DNA from: an uncultured archaeon
GTDB taxonomy: Archaea > Hadarchaeota > Hadarchaeia > Hadarchaeales > WYZ-LMO6
Assembly: GCA_938074535.1 (NCBI GenBank)
Contig: CALJER010000045.1
Location: 1 to 20,175, forward strand
Reading direction: 5' to 3'
Length of the DNA stretch: 20,175 nucleotides
The notes below the pieces were generated by a model. It did no database searches and was not told where the DNA came from. It saw only the letters and a program-made list of their open reading frames with translations. Below are positions 17,036 through 20,175 of this stretch, piece by piece. A program made the translations under genes and the position numbers. Every line of letters starts with the position of its first letter. The stretch's first letter is position 1.

Positions 17036-18805
17036 CTACTTCTTTTCCTCCCTTCCAGAGGAGCGGTAGATCCTGGAAGTGGCCTCTCCCAGCACCTTCT
17101 TCAGGGCCTCCATCCTCTCCCTGATCTTCCCCAGGTCCTTTCCGGCGAGCGCCTCCCTGAGTTCACCCACCGCCTTCTCCACTCCCTTCCTCTCCTCCTC
17201 CGAGAGCTTCTCCCCCAGCTCCTTCGCGGTCTTCTCGGCGGTGTAGGCCAGGGAATCCGCCTCGTTCCTGAGCTCGGCCTCTTCCTTCCTCCTCCTGTCC
17301 TGCTCGGCGAACTGCTCCGCCTCCTTCACCATCCTCTCTATTTCCTCCTTGGAGAGCTTGGTGGGAGCGGTGATCCTTATGGCCTGTTCCTTCCCCGTGG
17401 CCAGATCCCTGGCCGTCACCTGGAGGATGCCGTTGGCGTCGATGTCGAAGGTGACCTCAATCTGGGGCACCCCCCTGGGAGCGGGGGGTATCCCCACCAG
17501 GTCGAAGCGCCCCAGGGAGACGTTGTCGGCGGCCATGGGCCTCTCCCCCTGCAGCACGTGTATGGTCACCGCCGTCTGGAAGTCCGAAGCCGTGGTGAAG
17601 ATCTGGCTCTTCCTGGTGGGGATGGTGGTGTTCCTGGGAATGAGGGGCGTGAAGATCCCGCCCAGCGTCTCGATGCCGAGCGTGAGGGGGGTCACGTCCA
17701 GGAGGAGGATGTCCTTAAGCTCCCCCGCTATCACCCCCGCCTGGATGGCCGCCCCCATGGCCACGCACTCCATGGGGTCCACCCCCCTCTCCACCTTCTT
17801 GCCCATCAGCTCCTCCACGAAGCGCTGGACGATGGGCATGCGGGTGGGCCCGCCCACCAGGATGACCTTGTCTATCTCCTCGGGCGTGAGCTTCGCGTCC
17901 TTCAGGGCCCTCTCCACGCAGGGCCTGCACCTCTCCACGATGGGGCGCACCAGCTCCTCCAGCTTGGCCCTGGTCAGCTGCATCTGCAGGTGCCTGGGCC
18001 CGCCGGCATCGGAGTAGAGGAAGGGAAGGTTGATCTCCGTCACGGGGGTGGTGGAGAGCTCTATCTTGGCCCTCTCCGCCGCCTCCCTCAGCCTCATCAT
18101 GGCCGTCCTGTCCCCCCTCAGGTCCACCCCCTCCTTCCTCCTGAACTCCTCGCACAGGTACCCCACCAGGGCCTCGTCCATGTCCGTTCCGCCCAGCTGG
18201 GTGTCCCCGCTGGTGCTCTTCACCTCGAACACCCCTCCCCCGAACTCCAGGACGGTGACGTCCAGCGTCCCCCCTCCCAGATCGAAGACCAGGATCCTCT
18301 GTTCCTTCTCCAGCTTGTCCAGACCGTAGGCGAGGGAGGCCGCGGTGGGCTCGTTGATGATCCTCACCACCTCCAGGCCGGCGATCGTGCCCGCATCCTT
18401 GGTGGCCTGCCTCTGGTTGTCGTTGAAGTACGCGGGAACGGTGATCACGGCCTTCTTCACCTCCTGCCCCAGAAAGGCCTCGGCGTCCCTTTTGATCTTC
18501 TGCAGGAGGAAGGCGGAGAGCTGCTGCGGGGTGTACTCCTTCTCCCCTATCCTGTACCTGAACTCCGTCCCCATTTTCCTCTTGAACCCCGTCACCGTCC
18601 GCTCAGGGTTCAGGGAGGCCTGCCTCCTGGCCGGCTCCCCCACCAGGAGCTGCCCGTCGGGGGTGAAGGCCACGTAGGAGGGGAACATCTTCCCGTAGGG
18701 CGTGAGACCCTCCGCGCTGGGGATGAGGACCGGCCTCCCGCCCTGCAGGACCGCGGCAGCGGAGTTGGAGGTCCCGAGGTCTATCCCTATGATCTTCTCG
18801 GGCAT
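17036..18805 (-). CDS. dnaK: Chaperone DnaK (Hsp70)
   Basis: [33 protein letters not shown] and LLLDVTPL. It lacks the ~23-aa subdomain insert, as usual for archaeal and Gram-positive DnaK. ATG 18805 (alternative GTG 18814). Confidence 0.97.
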   Translation of the reverse strand: MPEKIIGIDLGTSNSAAAVLQGGRPVLIPSAEGLTPYGKMFPSYVAFTPDGQLLVGEPARRQASLNPERTVTGFKRKMGTEFRYRIGEKEYTPQQLSAFLLQKIKRDAEAFLGQEVKKAVITVPAYFNDNQRQATKDAGTIAGLEVVRIINEPTAASLAYGLDKLEKEQRILVFDLGGGTLDVTVLEFGGGVFEVKSTSGDTQLGGTDMDEALVGYLCEEFRRKEGVDLRGDRTAMMRLREAAERAKIELSTTPVTEINLPFLYSDAGGPRHLQMQLTRAKLEELVRPIVERCRPCVERALKDAKLTPEEIDKVILVGGPTRMPIVQRFVEELMGKKVERGVDPMECVAMGAAIQAGVIAGELKDILLLDVTPLTLGIETLGGIFTPLIPRNTTIPTRKSQIFTTASDFQTAVTIHVLQGERPMAADNVSLGRFDLVGIPPAPRGVPQIEVTFDIDANGILQVTARDLATGKEQAIRITAPTKLSKEEIERMVKEAEQFAEQDRRRKEEAELRNEADSLAYTAEKTAKELGEKLSEEERKGVEKAVGELREALAGKDLGKIRERMEALKKVLGEATSRIYRSSGREEKK

Positions 18806-18817
18806 GCCCGCCACCCC

Positions 18818-19333
18818 TCAGGAAGCCCTCGCCACCCTCACCTTCGAGGCCCTCAGGACCCTGGACCTGAACCTGTATCCCCGCTGGAGCTCCCCCACCA
18901 CCGTGCCCTCCTCCGTGCCCGGGGCCTCCACCCGCTCCACCGCCTCGTGCAGGAAGGGGTCGAACTTCCTGCCCACCGCCTGGATGGGCTCCAGCCCCTC
19001 CTCCCCGAGCACCTTCAGGAGCTGCCTGTAGATCATCTCCACGCCCTCCGCGAAGGCCCTCCCCTCTCCCCTGCTCTCCAGGGCCCTCTCGAAGCTGTCC
19101 AGGACCTCCAGGAGCCTCAGCATCAGCTTCCCCACGGCTGCCTCGCAGGCCTCCTCCTTCTCCCTGCCCATCCTCTTCACCAGGTTCTCCAGCTCCGCCT
19201 GGGCCCAGCTGAGCCTGGAAAGGCAGTCCCTCGCCCTTCCCTCCGCCTCCTCCACCAGGGAGCTCACCCTCCCCCAGTAGCCGCAGAACCTGCAGACCGC
19301 CGGCAGTCCCCTCTCTGCCTCTGAGGTCGCCAA
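18818..19333 (-). CDS. grpE: Nucleotide exchange factor GrpE
   Basis: AELENLVKR, LLEVLDSFERAL, FDPFLHEAV and QRGY...RVLRASKVRV. Start placed at TTG 19333, after a GGGGGAG RBS and an AT-rich promoter-like stretch, not at 19657. Confidence 0.88.
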   Translation of the reverse strand: MATSEAERGLPAVCRFCGYWGRVSSLVEEAEGRARDCLSRLSWAQAELENLVKRMGREKEEACEAAVGKLMLRLLEVLDSFERALESRGEGRAFAEGVEMIYRQLLKVLGEEGLEPIQAVGRKFDPFLHEAVERVEAPGTEEGTVVGELQRGYRFRSRVLRASKVRVARAS

Positions 19334-19339
19334 AATCTC

Positions 19340-19382
19340 CCCCAACTTTTTTGGACCTTTTCCCCCTTCTAAAACTTTACTC
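19340..19382 (-). promoter_or_regulatory. Promoter candidate for grpE-dnaK-dnaJ
   Basis: AT-rich island; minus strand reads GAGTAAAG-TTTTAGAA...CAAAAAAGTT upstream of the RBS. Confidence 0.4.
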
Positions 19383-20033
19383 TCCGAGCGCTGTTCTGGG
19401 GAAGCGCCCACAGGAACCTCACCACCGGGCGCAGGCACTTCGGTCCGTGCTTCCGGAAGAGGAAGCCCAGCGTTTTTGCCATTCTCTCCCTGCTCCTCTT
19501 CCATATCCTGAGGTTCCTGCTCCAGGCCCTGGCGGTCACCTCCCACTGGAGCTCCGAGAGGTCCCTGAGCCCCACGCCCCTCTCGTCCCCCAGGCGGTGC
19601 CCCTGATGGGGATGAAGGGCACGGGCACGCAGGAGGGCCTGTCCTCGCTCCTGTCAAAAAGCTCCAGCGCTGTGGTATCCTCTTCCGCCTCCTCCGGGGT
19701 CCCCACCGGGAAGGTGCAGAGGGGATACCTGGAGGGGTCGTTCAGGATTCCCGGCCCGGTGTCCACGATCTCGTGCCGTTCTCTGAGGAAGGGCGGGGCC
19801 TTCCCGTGCATGTTCTTCTCCATCAGCCTGAGGCTCCCCGTCTCCGCCCCTGTCTCCGCCGCCGCGCAGGGCTCCCCGTTGAGGCGGCGTCCGGTCTTCA
19901 GGAGAAGGGAGTGAGCTCCCCGATCGTCCTGGGGTCGGCCACCGCCGGGGCCGTGGCCTCGCGGGAGAGTTTCCTCCACCCCGGATACCCGGCCATCCCG
20001 GAGAAGAGCTCACGGAAGATTGGAGGTGGGCAC
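19369..20033 (-). pseudogene. Decayed radical SAM gene (C-terminal half, several frameshifts, no CxxxCxxC)
   Basis: Radical-SAM-like pieces alternate frames: RELFSGMAGYPG / ATAPAVADPRTIGELTP / LLLKTGRR...GAETGSLRLMEKNMHGKAPPF...VGTPEEAEEDT...FIP / LRDLSELQWEV.ARAWSRNLRIW. RBS GGGGGTGA and GTG 20033 are followed by a stop at codon 8. Confidence 0.7.
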
Positions 20034-20099
20034 TATTTCACCCCCTTCCGGCTTCCGACAGACCTCCCCTTTTTCCACCCGCTATTCAAAACCTGAACC

Positions 20100-20175
20100 T
20101 CAGACCAGGAGGCCCGAGAGCTTGAAGACCAGGGCGGAAGCCGCCAGGAAGGGGGGCAGGAAGGTGAAGCCCTTG
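20100..20175 (-). CDS. 3' end of a membrane protein gene (truncated by the window edge)
   Basis: Reads KGFTFLPPFLAASALVFKLSGLLV* with genome-typical codon use; a hydrophobic helix, possibly a TadC-like C-terminus (weak). Confidence 0.5.
   Translation of the reverse strand, partial: KGFTFLPPFLAASALVFKLSGLLV

Noticed and set aside
15872-19324. 1150-aa plus-strand ORF antisense to dnaJ-dnaK-grpE
   Set aside because: Long antisense frames opposite hsp70 and other GC3-biased genes are a known codon-bias effect. The translation is low-complexity (L/P/G/H-rich) with no motifs.
19334-19657. Long N-terminal extension of GrpE in the ORF track
   Set aside because: It runs through an AT-rich promoter-like island and the radical SAM pseudogene. 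An RBS plus TTG at 19333 gives a normal-sized GrpE.
1-20175. CRISPR arrays, tRNA/rRNA genes, transposases, integrases, inteins, phase-variable homopolymer tracts
   Set aside because: None seen. Proteins are of normal length, and short G/C runs are ubiquitous and leave the intact genes in frame.

Overview
A GC-rich archaeal chromosomal window, probably from a thermophile. This is inferred from a group II chaperonin, a GHMP-type shikimate kinase, AMP phosphorylase, a pyruvoyl-dependent arginine decarboxylase, frequent AGG/ATA codons, BRE/TATA-like promoters and GGAGG/GGTGA ribosome-binding sites. In order: two tandem B12-binding-type radical SAM paralogs sharing a 100% identical block of at least 122 bp; a KaiC/RAD55-like ATPase divergent from a MinD-like ATPase; a ~240-nt spacer that folds by eye into a multi-branched RNA; a type IV pilus/T2SS ATPase and a TadC/FlaJ-like platform gene; a thermosome subunit. 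A long minus-strand run follows: grpE-dnaK-dnaJ-aroA-aroC-aroK-[chorismate mutase::HTH-ACT fusion]-AMP phosphorylase-pdaD. Upstream of it lie a frameshifted radical SAM pseudogene and the 3' end of a membrane-protein gene. The best novelty candidates are the structured RNA in the MinD/pilus-ATPase locus, the chorismate mutase-COG2150 regulator fusion, and the identical cassette in the radical SAM pair. All family calls rest on motif recognition by eye; no searches were run.
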